DNA of 63,166 bases, the filler included, from Circinaria calcarea (Eukaryota), in NCBI GenBank assembly GCA_051942165.1. It is 12 parts of 12 records of this genome, joined end to end, with 100 filler letters (N's around TTAATTAATTAA, not from the genome) between each part and the next. Parts side by side here need not be neighbours in the genome. Positions count along the whole stretch, not along the records: positions 47,477 to 52,642 come from JAVECS010002011.1; positions 52,743 to 57,908 come from JAVECS010002012.1; positions 58,009 to 63,166 come from JAVECS010002013.1; 9 more parts are not named here. One strand, given 5' to 3'. Position 1 is the stretch's first letter. Every line of letters begins with the position of its first letter. The notes below the pieces were generated by a model. That model worked only from the letters and a program-made list of their open reading frames with translations, did not search any database and was not told the origin of the DNA. A program made the position numbers and the translations under genes. Shown here in pieces: positions 49,097 through 61,376 of this stretch.

Positions 49097-50100
49097 CCAT
49101 TCAAGAGAATGCTTGCAGAAGGTAAAATGGAGGGTTAGAGGTATCAAGGTATGTATGGTACGTGCTGATGGTATGAGAGTCACTTCATCAGATTGAAAAG
49201 AGGGAGGGTACCATGCTGAGTAGTTAACATCCCAACTAGACCCATTAAACAGCTAGTGGAAGAATGCTTTGGAAGATCCCTGTGAAGGGAGGAATGGAAA
49301 TAGTGAAACAAGGTGAATATAAAGCATGGGCTTGTTTGCTTCAACGCAGTAAATAAGAGATTGAACGCGGGTTGCCATCCCTTTTCGGAACGGGGCCATC
49401 GGTCGACCGGTCTCCTCGTTTCTTATGTAAAGCCTGTCTAATGACCATCTTATGTACCATCACTAAAGACGGATCAGGACAATTTCGATCTCCGAAGGCG
49501 TGCTACTGTGGAATCCCCCTCTCCGGAGAGAAGAGTGAATCCGTAAAGCAAGATGGCTGCGAGGTACACACAGCCACAATAAAAGCTCAACATTATGAAA
49601 ATACTCCACATCGAAACCGGATGAATGCAAAGTCTTAGGCTGATGTTCTTCCATGATTGTGCAGAGTAAATTAGAAGAGGCAGGTAAATAATGGCCATGC
49701 TCGTAGGTGTGGTTGTATAAAAATATCAAGCGAGAGATCGGGGACACGTAACTCCGTACCATAGCTCCGTAAATATTTCGGATTAATGGCTTCTACTCAT
49801 CTCTTATAGATCAGACCTCGGCACAATAATCCAGATATATCATCTACTTCGAGAAATTTTGTAGTTTATGGCGGGAATCAATTCTATAGAAGAACCGTGC
49901 GTTGATACAGTTAGGAGCTTATCCATCTATAATCCGTCTTCCAGAAAAGCTCTTCACCAAAGGCAGCAAGGGTACGTAGGATACCGAAGGACTGACTGCT
50001 GCAAGTCAGGAAAGTCGTAACTTGGCAAATATCCCACTTCAAATCCCTTTTTAAGCGGGTACACTGAAAAACTGTGACTCTTCCATTCATAACTCCCCCC

Positions 50101-52641
50101 CTAACTGAATTTCAACTCCTCTCCCCTTCCCTTCAACCTTTCCCACCCGTCGCTGCCCTCCCAAGCCTCCCTGCCCCGTCCCAAGACACCTCGAATCGCA
50201 CTGCGGGCTTTGAATTTCCATTCTTTGCACACCGACTCTCCTGCTCCTAATCCCTCCACCCTTTCCCTCATCCCCAAGCTCTCATAAGCATCCACCAGCT
50301 CCACTGTCGCATCCACAACTTTGCCCCAAACCTCCTCTGGGCTTTCTTCTCTTACTCTCCCGATATTTCCCGCCGTAGTAGCAGAAGGGAGAGAAGAAGA
50401 AGAAGAAGAAGAACCTCCGCTCTCCCAACCCGGCTTGTTAAGCGTCACGCGCCATGCTTTCTCGTACGCTTCCAGCGCTGCAGAGGGCCGGTTCAGGTGC
50501 AGGGAGGAGCGCGCGATGAGCTGCCAGAGGCGGCGCGAGTGCGTAATCAAGGGCGTGATGTGCTGGGTGAGGAGTTGGGAGAACATGTGCTCGAGGCCGA
50601 ATTTCTTGTGTCGTTGCTGCTGGGAGTCGTGCTCGTGGTCTGGGAGGTCGATTCCGTTTCCGGTTTCGCCGTTGCCGTTGCCGTTGCCATTGGCGTGGTG
50701 GGGATTGGAGGAAGGAGTGGAAGCGATGACGTGCTGGAGGAGTCCTTCCATAACCTCCATGTCGATACAGCCCTCTCCTTCTACGGAGCCACGAAGTTCT
50801 GTCAATCGCTGCTGCGCGATGATGATATCGGAGTAGGGGGGCGGGGACAGCATAGCGGAGACATTGAGAAGGTTCTGCCAGATGCGGTAGGATTCTCGCT
50901 TTAGGTTGGCGGCGCGTTTGAGGGCGACGAAGGCTTCTTTGGTGTGTTTTTGGGGATCTAAGTGCTTGGATTCACCATCGAGGTTATCGTTGTTGGGATC
51001 AGTAACGATGGATTTGGAAGAAGGAAGGCGAAGGAGAGCCGCAGCAAGGTTAGACCATGCCTCGGCGTCTGTATCTTCGATTTGTACCGTCCGTCCAAAG
51101 GCATCGACGGCGCCTGGCCAGTCTTGGAGTTCTAACCGTGCGCAACCAAGGGAGAACCATGTAGCCTGGTCCAAGGGGTTGATCCTGAGCGATTTGGAGA
51201 AGGCTGCCTCGGACTTAGGAAAATCACGTATCTTCAGGTAGTGTTTTCCCAGTGATCGCTGAGCGCGTGCATAGCGGTTGTTGGAGACCTCCCAAGCTCT
51301 TTCGTAAAGAGCAGGAGATTTATCAATGTCGCCGAGGATGCAGAAAAGCCGGGGAGCGTCTGCTGGCGAGGGTATGATCTCTTCACCGAGGTGCTCTTCA
51401 CTGTCATCATCCGAATTGCTGCTTCCGTCTTTATCGTTAGCGGTTTGAGATGATTTCGATGCCATGTATAGCTGACGACGAACAATTCTCCGAGCCTTGT
51501 CCTCACGATCCACGGCCGCCCAGCAGAGTGCAGCCTCTGCCCACATTTCAAGACGTTCATAGATCTCAAGAGCAGTACGTAACCCACCCAGTGAGACCCA
51601 TCGTGCAGCAAGCTCAGCTTCGAGTGTCCATCTCGTTGGCGAAGCAAGTTGATGGATGTACTGCAGTCTCTCCGAAACGGAAGCCAACTCAGAAGGCTTT
51701 GGTCTCGGCAAAAAAGTCGTGCTTCCGTTTGAGCCATTAGCAGCATGAGAGGCGCCATCAGGGTTATCGGAAGAAGTGGTCTCGGCTATTACTTGATCTA
51801 CAAGTGCTTGCAGTTGCAAGACACCTCTCTCGACTGTTCTTGATCTATAACCTTCGATACGGCTACGAACCAGTAAAGCTTGAGTATAAACTTGCCAGTT
51901 CGTACTTCCACCTTCCAGCACACGAGTTGCATAAGGCAGAGTTTCCTCTCTGGTAAGGCCATGCTGTGGGGAAGTGTTAGTGATAGAAGAGGCAAGAGAG
52001 AGCAGGATGATCGAGTCTAGAGGCTTCAGGATTGGTTGGTTAGCAAGATCCAGATTCGCGAGTGAGGCTGGAAGAGACTCTTCCGTTTGTACTCCCGTGT
52101 CTGATGTAGGCTTTGTGAAGGAGATAGACTCCAGTAGCGTATCGTCGTTCAGATCCAGATTTCTGGGCTTTGACGCAGCTTTTGCTGTGCTTTCCTGATA
52201 TGCAATGTCACTAGCAGCGAGACTAGTACCGAAGACTTGATGGGAGTTGGATGTATCTGCACTCTTGGCAAGCACAACAAGCTGGCTCAATTCTTTCTCC
52301 TGAAACTTGGTCCGTTTTCCAAGTCTGCCTGTAAGGGCATACTCAAATCCCGTAGTCTTCGCCGCCATGTCCAAATCTACCCTTGCCTTGGCATCAAATC
52401 CGTGATATGTATGTATCGCCGCTCGCTCAAGTAGGAATTGTACCTTGGCTTCGTCCTCGTATGGTGAATCTTGTGAGAGGATTACACCTTTTAAATAATC
52501 CACGTCATCAAAGATCTTTCGCTGCAGTTCTGCAGCAGTTTCACTTAGAATTCTTTGGTGCCAAAAATTGACGCGTAGTCTAGCCCATCGTGTATGACTG
52601 TCATCTCTGACAACACTGCGGTGATTCAGAATCGTCGATGC
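50101..52641 (-). CDS. EMW1: TPR protein EMW1/TTC27 (5'-truncated)
   Basis: FEYALTGRLGKRTKFQEKELSQLVVLAKS; LDLNDDTLLE; NWQVYTQALLVRSRIE..TVERGVLQLQALVDQ; YERAWEVSNNRYARAQRSLG; WKFKARSAIR. Frame open to the contig edge. Confidence 0.9.
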   Translation of the reverse strand, partial: ASTILNHRSVVRDDSHTRWARLRVNFWHQRILSETAAELQRKIFDDVDYLKGVILSQDSPYEDEAKVQFLLERAAIHTYHGFDAKARVDLDMAAKTTGFEYALTGRLGKRTKFQEKELSQLVVLAKSADTSNSHQVFGTSLAASDIAYQESTAKAASKPRNLDLNDDTLLESISFTKPTSDTGVQTEESLPASLANLDLANQPILKPLDSIILLSLASSITNTSPQHGLTREETLPYATRVLEGGSTNWQVYTQALLVRSRIEGYRSRTVERGVLQLQALVDQVIAETTSSDNPDGASHAANGSNGSTTFLPRPKPSELASVSERLQYIHQLASPTRWTLEAELAARWVSLGGLRTALEIYERLEMWAEAALCWAAVDREDKARRIVRRQLYMASKSSQTANDKDGSSNSDDDSEEHLGEEIIPSPADAPRLFCILGDIDKSPALYERAWEVSNNRYARAQRSLGKHYLKIRDFPKSEAAFSKSLRINPLDQATWFSLGCARLELQDWPGAVDAFGRTVQIEDTDAEAWSNLAAALLRLPSSKSIVTDPNNDNLDGESKHLDPQKHTKEAFVALKRAANLKRESYRIWQNLLNVSAMLSPPPYSDIIIAQQRLTELRGSVEGEGCIDMEVMEGLLQHVIASTPSSNPHHANGNGNGNGETGNGIDLPDHEHDSQQQRHKKFGLEHMFSQLLTQHITPLITHSRRLWQLIARSSLHLNRPSAALEAYEKAWRVTLNKPGWESGGSSSSSSSLPSATTAGNIGRVREESPEEVWGKVVDATVELVDAYESLGMRERVEGLGAGESVCKEWKFKARSAIRGVLGRGREAWEGSDGWERLKGRGEELKFS

Positions 52642-52913
52642 GNNNNNNNNNNNNNNNNNNNNNNNNNNNNNNNNNNNNNNNNNNNNTTAATTAATTAANN
52701 NNNNNNNNNNNNNNNNNNNNNNNNNNNNNNNNNNNNNNNNNNTGTGTAAAAGTCTCCAGATTCTTGTATACAGGTAATGCATATCAGCGCAGCATGGGGT
52801 TCCGGAATTCAGCCAATGTATCAACCGTGAAATGAAGGATGTTGCGCGTTTCCAGAGGCATGGGAAGGAGTGCGTGCTATTTGTGAGGCAGCGACTCTCG
52901 GCCAGCCATTGGT

Positions 52914-53195
52914 CTATGATCTCAGACCATCAACCGAGGCATCCCCTTTGAAATGGTCCCAGAATCGGCTCACGGCTCTGCGAGCAACGTCCGAGTCGTT
53001 GAAGCGGCTTCGATGATAGTTGAACACGGCGAACTCGTCCTTGGTCATCACGTACCGATCCGGATTGGCTTGGATCCGGTTCCAGATATCCCGAATGGCT
53101 TTCTCGAGCGTTGCATTGGCCGCCGGAGGGACACTTTCGCTCTCGCTGTTCCGAACGAGCTCAAGTGCTCGCTGCATGGTAAACTGACTACCCAT
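52914..53195 (-). CDS. Small conserved fungal protein (93 aa, YVMTKDEFAVFNY motif)
   Basis: Intronless ORF with aagATGg context. A.ELxRNS..LE.A...IW.RIQA.P..YVMT.DEFAVFNY..RF...ARRAV.RFW resembles a recurring Pezizomycotina small-protein family (recall). Confidence 0.78.
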   Translation of the reverse strand: MGSQFTMQRALELVRNSESESVPPAANATLEKAIRDIWNRIQANPDRYVMTKDEFAVFNYHRSRFNDSDVARRAVSRFWDHFKGDASVDGLRS

Positions 53196-56100
53196 CTGGG
53201 AAGCCGAGGAGGCTCGCGTACGTGTAATGTGACGGAACAGGCTCGGAGGGTCAAGGGGGATGGATCAAAGCTACCAAGGTGTACGCGGTGGGAAACGGAG
53301 GAGAGGGAGAGGATATGGAGACATGGTGGAGGATGCAGTCGTACTTATCATTCCGGGAGCACAATAACCTTTTTCAGGACACAGAGCCCCGCACTCCTCT
53401 AATATCGAATAGACACGCCGCCGTCTCGGGTAGAAAGTTCGTCGAGATGAAACCCCACCGGACTTCGACATCGTTGGACGGAAAAATACATCAATGACCG
53501 CGCAAAGATCCAACGATCAAGGATTCACTTGACATGGCGGTTGCTAATCTGAAAGGGCCGCTACCCAAAGGTCGACCGGTTCGCACTATTTAACAGTAAG
53601 CTTTGCCATTGCCGTCGAGGCCACCGTCGGACTGGATGATGCCTGTCCGCGACAGTTGGGTTTCGAGTCTAATTGCGATTAGGGTTTCTCTTGGAAGCGA
53701 CCTTACTGCTCCCGGACAGGCAACGGTGCCAAGCTTCTGGAAAGAAAAGGTGACAGGCTGCAAGTGCCTGCAGCTGCCAGCAAGGGACCACACGGAACGA
53801 GACTCTGGGCCAACTCGGGGGCGGACACCAGAATATAGAATGAGGGGGTCTCGGGGGAGAGGGTCAGGTAGTTTGTGCCATGGCAGTGGTGCCCACACTC
53901 GACCGTCGACGTCTCCACGCCTGCCAGCTCATCATCATCACCGATGAGACAGGAGACGGCTCTCGGGGATCGGGGATTTGCTCCGTTTCCATGCCTGATT
54001 CGTCCATTCGAGATTGTCATTTAGACTTTTTCCGTGGTTCATTCCCAGGTTAGCAGGACGGGCTGGAAGATGCCCTTCCATCGTTTCCACGGTCTCGCAT
54101 TTCTACCATTAAGATTGCCTTCGATGGTCAGAAGACGGCTCGAGTGGCGACGGATACAAACATGGGTCCTCCGGACGGGAGCAAGATATTCGATCAGACA
54201 TCGTAGCCGCCTCTCAGTGGTCGCAGCCTTATCCCCCTGCAGATTTAGCAGAGAGGCTAAAGAGCGGCAGCTAGGGTTCTTTGATGGAAGCTAAGCTGAA
54301 GGAACGCTAGAGGCGCTAGGTTAATTTCTCGTGGGCTGCCTTGCAATGAGAGCGCGAGCGCACCGCCACAAATTTGAGCGACATAGGTACATGCATGGCC
54401 CTCGGTCCTACTGTGTCAGAGGTACGGGAGACGGAAACATGTGTAGGAGGGGGACTAAAGTGTGGCCCAAGGCCCTAAAGAACCCCAAAGTCCCCCTGTC
54501 CTGGTTGTCGAGCTCCAACTGCCGGGCCCAGGAATAGGAATGAGAATGCGTTAGCAAACGTAGATGTTTTACCGACCTTCCATTGGCTGTAATTCCTGGA
54601 TTCTTGAGAGAGCTCATCTCATTAATTCCACTTTGACTTTTGGGTGCGTTGGCCGTCTAGAACGCGACAAGTCCTTCCTGATGGATCAAGGAAAAGCAAC
54701 GGTCCAAGGTAACCCATTTCTCCGTTTCTCGCCTGACCGGCCCCTCCTCGAGTCTTGATTCTTACAAATAAAAACAAGATTTCGCATTTCAACCCCACAC
54801 GAATGCTGACCCGCACGGACCTCCTGACCGGGTGTCTTGAAGGACATTGGGCGTCTGATGGTGATAACTAAAAGTAGCCCGCACGCAGACACGCGCTGCG
54901 AGCTGCGAGCTGTCCAAACTGTCAAACGTGCATATGCAGACACAACAATAGCCGGCGCCTTCTCTGGTTCCTTGCTGCCCATCCTGCCTATCCTGCCCAT
55001 CCCGTCGCAATTGACTTTCCTCTTCGCCTCATGATCCTCATGATCCCTCGACAACACGTCGCACTGTGCGCACTCCGTGGAAAAGAAGGGCGCAAGTACA
55101 ATGTCGGTACTGGGTTGTAAGTGAGGCTCACGAGGCGATCGTTCCGTCAAAGTGGTGGAGGGTTGGGTTGGGTAAGAGATGTAACATCCATAATGTCCGC
55201 CAAGTAGCTGGGTACTTCGTGACGTGCTGCAGGTGAAGCGGAAGGAAGTTGACATGCAACCTACGACGGTAGTGGGGGGAAAGAAATGCAGCCACTGATG
55301 GTTCTCGAGGAGTTGGAGTTGGGTAACATGTATTTACCCCATTTGAGAGTGCGAGCGTATGTGGCTTTCCTCCGAGGACCTTCACCGCCGCCAACACCGG
55401 GGCTCTTTGCTACCAATTCTGTGCCCCACGGTCGCATTTTCCAATCGTGTCTCGGACAGAACACGCGTCCTGTTGCTTTTCGTCCGCAAAAGCCAGAGAA
55501 TGAGGTACCCGTCTTCTCCCTCGTCCTTCCCGTGCTTGGCATCTTTCGAACCCAAACATCTATGAATAGAGGTCTCTCCCAACCACCGCTTTCGGCCAAA
55601 CATCCAACGGTTATCTCGAGGGGTCTCTATCCGGACGAATCACCGGACTCGGTAGTTATCACCACTTTTACTTCCAAAACCCCCCCCCCTTCGTCATTGC
55701 CTTAGCTGGAAATCTTGTCGGAAAACCTTATTTGGACACCGCTGGTCCTCGGGAAAGGCAAATCACCAGGAATAGCGGACCACCAACTTATCGACCTGGA
55801 ATTGCGCACACAATAGACTTTGCTATCCGCCATACCTTACTGTCAATCAAAGTATATCGTGCACTATCTTTGCCCCTATCGTTCCGGTCGCTTCCTGAAA
55901 CGGGTCAGATAAAAATTTTTTAGATAGCCGTTACATGACCAAGAGTGGCGGACGAATGTGGCAAAGCTCCAACAGACGGCAGTACAACTGGTCTCTTCCC
56001 AGTCCCGCATGTTTGGATCTCTGGGATGCTTTCTGATCGTCGAGTGCAAAGTCGGGACCTTTTTGGCGGTGAGAATGTAAAACTGCATCTTAGATTAACA

Positions 56101-58949
56101 AGGACGGATTGGTGTGACCAAGGGTCCAAACATGGATTTGCCAAAACCTTGCGTCTATCACCTTTTCAACGACATCACTTAGAAGAAATTTACACCGCCT
56201 TACCTACATCCTCTCTCATCCCTATTATGATTGCTGTTGGTCAAAAGATACACGGCATTTCTAAGAGGTCTCTCAGAGATGCAAACAAACTCAGTCCACT
56301 CAGACGCGGTCGGTCCTACGTAACACACATGGCTCAATCCCCAACACTAGGTAGTCATCGACGAGATTGTTTCATCTTGCTAGGGAAGGAACATGGCTTG
56401 AGTAGTACCAGCAGTCACTATTCCCACTTCGCTGAACTTGCAGCTCTACATTCTGCAATGCATTCCCCCAATTTCCACTCAACGGCTTTACACTACGCAA
56501 GCTAACAATCGCCTACCACTCCACTTGCATGCAATTGGTTCCTTCACAAATCTCAAATGAGAGGTCTATGTTGAATGCCTTTCCTGTTTCGTCATTCAAA
56601 TAGTTTTACGCATCCGTTCACAGTCATCTCATCTTTCCGCTAGATATCGACACACAAACCTGTTTGTTCTGAAATCTAATCGGCCTGTTTTTGTGGGTGC
56701 AAATGTTCTCTAGTTGCATTCCGTTACACTTCCACGATTAGGATAATAGTCTGGTATTCGTGAACTAGGTACCGGGCTGAGGTTGAGTAACTGGTTCCCG
56801 GGCGAGCTACTCCCTTACGACTGTAGTCATATAACAGCCTCGGGTGTGTAGTTCCCTGTCGTTTAACCCCCTGTGATGGGACTGGCAGGGTTAGTGGAAT
56901 CACATGCTCGGCTCGACTACCTTGGCCTCATCCCTGTCTCGGGGAAACCTTTGCACGGACCGTACCAGTAGTCTGAAGCTTGTGTCTCACTCCACAATGT
57001 TACAGGAGGAGGGCATCACGGATACTACGTGCATAGGTATCAACGTCAGCGAGATGGTTTGCGTCAGACTTTGTAACAATAGCCGACGCTCAGGCATGAA
57101 TTTTGATGTTCTTAGCCTTAATCTCCAAAGTTCATCAAGGATATTGCGGCCGTCTAGGAGATAACGTCTCCTACAGAAGCGCGATGGACTGAAAGGCGCT
57201 CTCCCTAGTCCGATAACCCTACCGACATTTATCAAGTAAAGTCCATCTATTCTGTTCAGCAGCCCAGAACCTTCCAGACGCTCAAAGCAACGGTTCCAGA
57301 CTGTTTGCCAACACCACCTTCCGTGGTTACCCTAATCAGCTAACCATTCCGCTATTTTGTCAGTTTAGAATACTCCCCCCCTGCCCATTTCTACAGCTAT
57401 CGTAACCCATGATACAACGCCATACTGTTTGTGTTAGTGTTTTTTTGGGGCCGGGTGGGCTCTGAGGATTCCCAAGGTACCACCTCCCTCACAGTACCAG
57501 CCAGCAGGGTAGAGTTAGAGTAAGCGAACGGCGTGGAGGAAGCTTTCCGACAAATGTACGGTAGCTAGGGTAGGATTACCCTGATCGGCTGGAACGGTAT
57601 TTTACTAGAATAGCACTGCTGTTTGTAAATGAGTCCTTTTTTGTACAAGGGAGGATCTTGCCCCTTTCCCCACCCTTAAGGCACAAGCTACCAATACAAT
57701 TCCTAGATCGAAAAACCTCGGAACTCGGACCTCGGAAGGTCGGGGAGCCGGGGATTGGAAATACCGCAACCTTTCGAAAAGGCTTCTGGATTCTTTCCCT
57801 CCGTCCCATGTAGAAATGTCCTAGGAATTTTGGAGTTTGGAGAAACCGGAGATGCCGGGGTCCGGTGGGATGAGACGGGAGGGTGTCGAGAAATGTTTGG
57901 GGGCGGGGNNNNNNNNNNNNNNNNNNNNNNNNNNNNNNNNNNNNNNNNNNNNTTAATTAATTAANNNNNNNNNNNNNNNNNNNNNNNNNNNNNNNNNNNN
58001 NNNNNNNNGGGTAGGGGTAAGGCTCTAAGGGGAGTTTATTTGGGGCTTGATTGGGGACATTGGGGGATGAGGAATTCGATGTCTCTACTTCCTTCCTTCC
58101 TTCCTTTATTTAGACCACGCAAAAAAGCGAACAGAAATTACGTAACTAGCTACCAATACCATCGTTCAAACCTTTGTCCAGCTTATAGTTAGTAATCACC
58201 AACCGGGCTTTTTCTAAACCTACCCGTGGCTCCTTTTCCCTATTGTACCAATCACAGAACTCACACTTTGCGAATAGAGGAAAAACAACATAACGTAAAC
58301 CCAAACCCTAGAATGAGGCGAGGCGAGGCGAAACGATACAGGATATTCATGTCACCTGTTGCAAAACCGCGTCTCTTCACCCAAAGCTCCCCCATCTAGG
58401 GGGATTTTTTGAAAGAGTTTCGATTTGACATTTGGCAGCTCTCATATCTAAGTGTTGTTTGTTGTTTTGTACAGCAAAAGAGGAAAAAGGGGCCGCAGAT
58501 TCTCTTTGCTTTCCCCGATTCTCCCTAGGATGGAAAGAAACGAGAGAAAGACAGAGAGAAAAAAAACGCCATGATTTCGAGCAACATTCCACTCCCCTTG
58601 GAAGAAGCTCTCCCGTTTCATTCCACATATTCCATGCCGGTTTGCCCGGTTCCAATGTGAGGCCCCCCGCCGCGCACACAAGCATTAGTTTCAGAACAAA
58701 GAAAGCCCATGGATATCTCAAAAGGGGAAAAAATGGCCAAGCAAGCACACTCAACCGCCGGGCCAGCCTCCCCTGTTACATTTCAAAAGCCAACGCCATG
58801 TGCGACACACACACACACAACACCTAAATCCCGTCTTTCATTCATCTTAGAAACAAAATGAACAGTAAGAGGTAAGGGTATCACGGCTTATGTTTTTATT
58901 TCGTTTAGTATGAACCGACAAGGTTAGAAGAAACCCTCCATGCACCACC

Positions 58950-60344
58950 TTAATCGGTGGTTTCGGCGGCGGCGGCAGCTTTCTTCGGGGTAGTTGCTTT
59001 CTTGGGGGTGGCCTTGGGGGTGACTTTCTTGGCTGCGGGAGTCTTCTTGGTCGCAGCGGCTTTTTTGGCTGGGGCAGCCGGCTTGGCAGGTCCTTTGGTG
59101 ACGCGGCCGGATTTGGTCTTGCTGAGGACGGTTTCGACAGGGACGATGGCTGGGGCCTGAGGTGTTGTGTGAGTCATACGTGAATGCCATTATTGGTCAG
59201 GTAACTTACTGCAGTGGGAGCTTTACGTTTGGTGGCGGTGTTAGCTTTTGGCTTAGCAGCAGTAGCCTTCTTTGCGGCGGGGGCCTTCTTGGTGGCAGCG
59301 GCTTTAGTGGTAGTGGCCTTCACGGTATCCTTTGTGGTGTCCTTAGCGGTGTCTTTCTTTGGTCTACCAACGGGGGCTTTCTTTGGTGCGGTGGCTTTAG
59401 TGGCAGTAGGGGAGGATTTCTATCAAGCACGTCAGCACACGATCAAAGCTCCAGCATGATATGATGGCTACCTTGGCAGACTTCTCAGGCTTAGGAGTAG
59501 GCGTAGAGGCCTTTACGCTCGGCTCCTTCTTGTGGAGCTTCACCGGTCCCGAAGCACCTATCGAGAATCAATTAGCGGCCATTCCACTCGAAGTATCTTG
59601 TGTACGCTCAATAAATGTTGATATCGACAGTGGCAAGATTCATGAACTGACATGTAACTGCTGGGGAGCATCACCAGTCCCAACAACTACATGCTTGGTT
59701 GCCTCCAGCACAAAAGAAAGAAATGAGAATAACGAGGGGAATAGGCCTACCTTTTGGCTGTGTGAAGTCTCCCTTCTCCACGCCAGTACGGAGCGCCTTG
59801 TTGAATTGAGCATCGAAGACAGCGGGAGAAGCGGCGTTCGTCTTGTTGTTGGCAAGAATATACTTCTTGAGAGCTTGACGGCTGATGGGTGAAGAATTGT
59901 TAGTAAGAGACTCTATCAATGTAAACGCGCAGAAACAGACATGTTTCGGGCGCGTGATTTTGCTGGATGGAATTTCTTACCTGCTACCATTGCGCTCCTT
60001 GAGCTGTAGATGATAAATTGCGTTAGTGGTGGCCTTACATATTACATCCTCGGGCATTGGTATGAACGCTCAGATTGGCCAGATGATAAGAAGAGATGCA
60101 CAGTTCCGAATGCAACATCACCGGTGCGCGTGATTCCATCAACTTACAGTCATGATAGCTTCCTTGATCATATCTGCAGAAACATGTCAGTGTGGACTCG
60201 CGATCATGATAGACTGGAGCGTGAATGCGTGCGACCGTGTTGTGGTGGGCCAGTCAACAGATACACACCTTTGTACGAAGCATGGGCTGGAGCAGCAGCA
60301 GCCTTCTTTGCCGGCGCAGCGGTGACAGCTTTCTTGGGTGGCAT
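58950..60344 (-). CDS. hhoA: Histone H1 (linker histone), 6 introns
   Basis: MPPKK..HASYK|DMIKEAIMT|LKERNGSS|RQALKKYILANN..FNKALRTGVEKGDFTQPK|GASGPVKL.., K/A/T/P-rich tail, LSKTKSGRVTK. Confidence 0.96.
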
Positions 60345-61376
60345 CTTGATGAACGGGTACGGTCTGATAGCTGAGTCGATGAACTTTCGAACGAGCTGCT
60401 GGATGTTTGTTTTGGACGCTGTGGATACGTGACGGCGGTGCGGGGGAGTGCGAGGGGGGCCTTTTGCAAATAGAAGTAGACGGCCGGCTCGCCTACTTAT
60501 GGAATCGCTTAAGGAACGTGATATGGGAGATTCGACGCTAAGGTTAGGGGGTTTAGGTATCCGAACCAACAAGGTATAGCGTCCTTTGGCCGTCAGCCTT
60601 CAAACGGGCGGCGTCAATACCTGCCTATACCTAAGAAATCATTGCCAAGAGTCGATGCACCCCATCGAGGTCCCATCCCATCCCACATGGTTTTTTTTTG
60701 GCTTTAGCTTGCCGAGAGACGAAACCAACTTTGATTTGAATAATAAAGTTATCAGTTGAAGCGATCCACTAGTTGCTCGGATGCATTCTTCACCAGTCAT
60801 ACATGGATGAAAAAAACGACACATTACTATCGCGCACAAAAACAGGACCTGAGCAAACTGAATGGCAAACCTCGTAACGGTCATTACTGAAACGGAGTCC
60901 ATCTTACCGCTCAGGCCGCCTACCTTGCTTCTGCCCATCTCTCCGTGCTGTACTGGAAATTTATTGGGAAAGTTGTGTTTCTGATCTTGGGCCTCCTCGA
61001 CTCGCTTCTTTCGCCAACGAGGACCCCATCTTTCTCGGTGCATCAGGAAGTCCGGTATTTGATCTCCGAAGACACGGGTAAGAAGTGCACATAGGGCACG
61101 GATTCATGGGGACATGATAGAAGGGAGGCATATCCGCGGAGTTCTTTTGGATTCATCGATTTCATATCGTGACCCGTAGGTGCCTTTACTGGAAAGACTG
61201 ATGTTCGCCTCATTGTCAGTCTATCTTTGTTAGTTACATAATCTGGCGCGTACTTTAAAATTGAAGTGGAGTCCCGGGGCTGTCTTTGTTTATAAAGTAG
61301 ATGACAGATGAACACCATCTGTACGGGGGAGCAACCTGCATACCCATAAAACTCACGACGTCAATCGGTCGTAATC

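Noticed and set aside
50321..51740. Long antisense ORFs over EMW1 (likewise over stuA, PTEN-like, H1, SEC4)
   Set aside because: Shadows of real coding strands with biased codon usage; no motifs of their own.
56862..56895. Telomerase RNA template (CTAACCCT on minus strand)
   Set aside because: Only 8 nt, expected by chance; no pseudoknot or CR4/5-like elements recognised.
60004..60147. C/D-box snoRNA in H1 intron 2 (GTGATGT..CTGA)
   Set aside because: Imperfect C box, no convincing terminal stem or recognisable rRNA guide.
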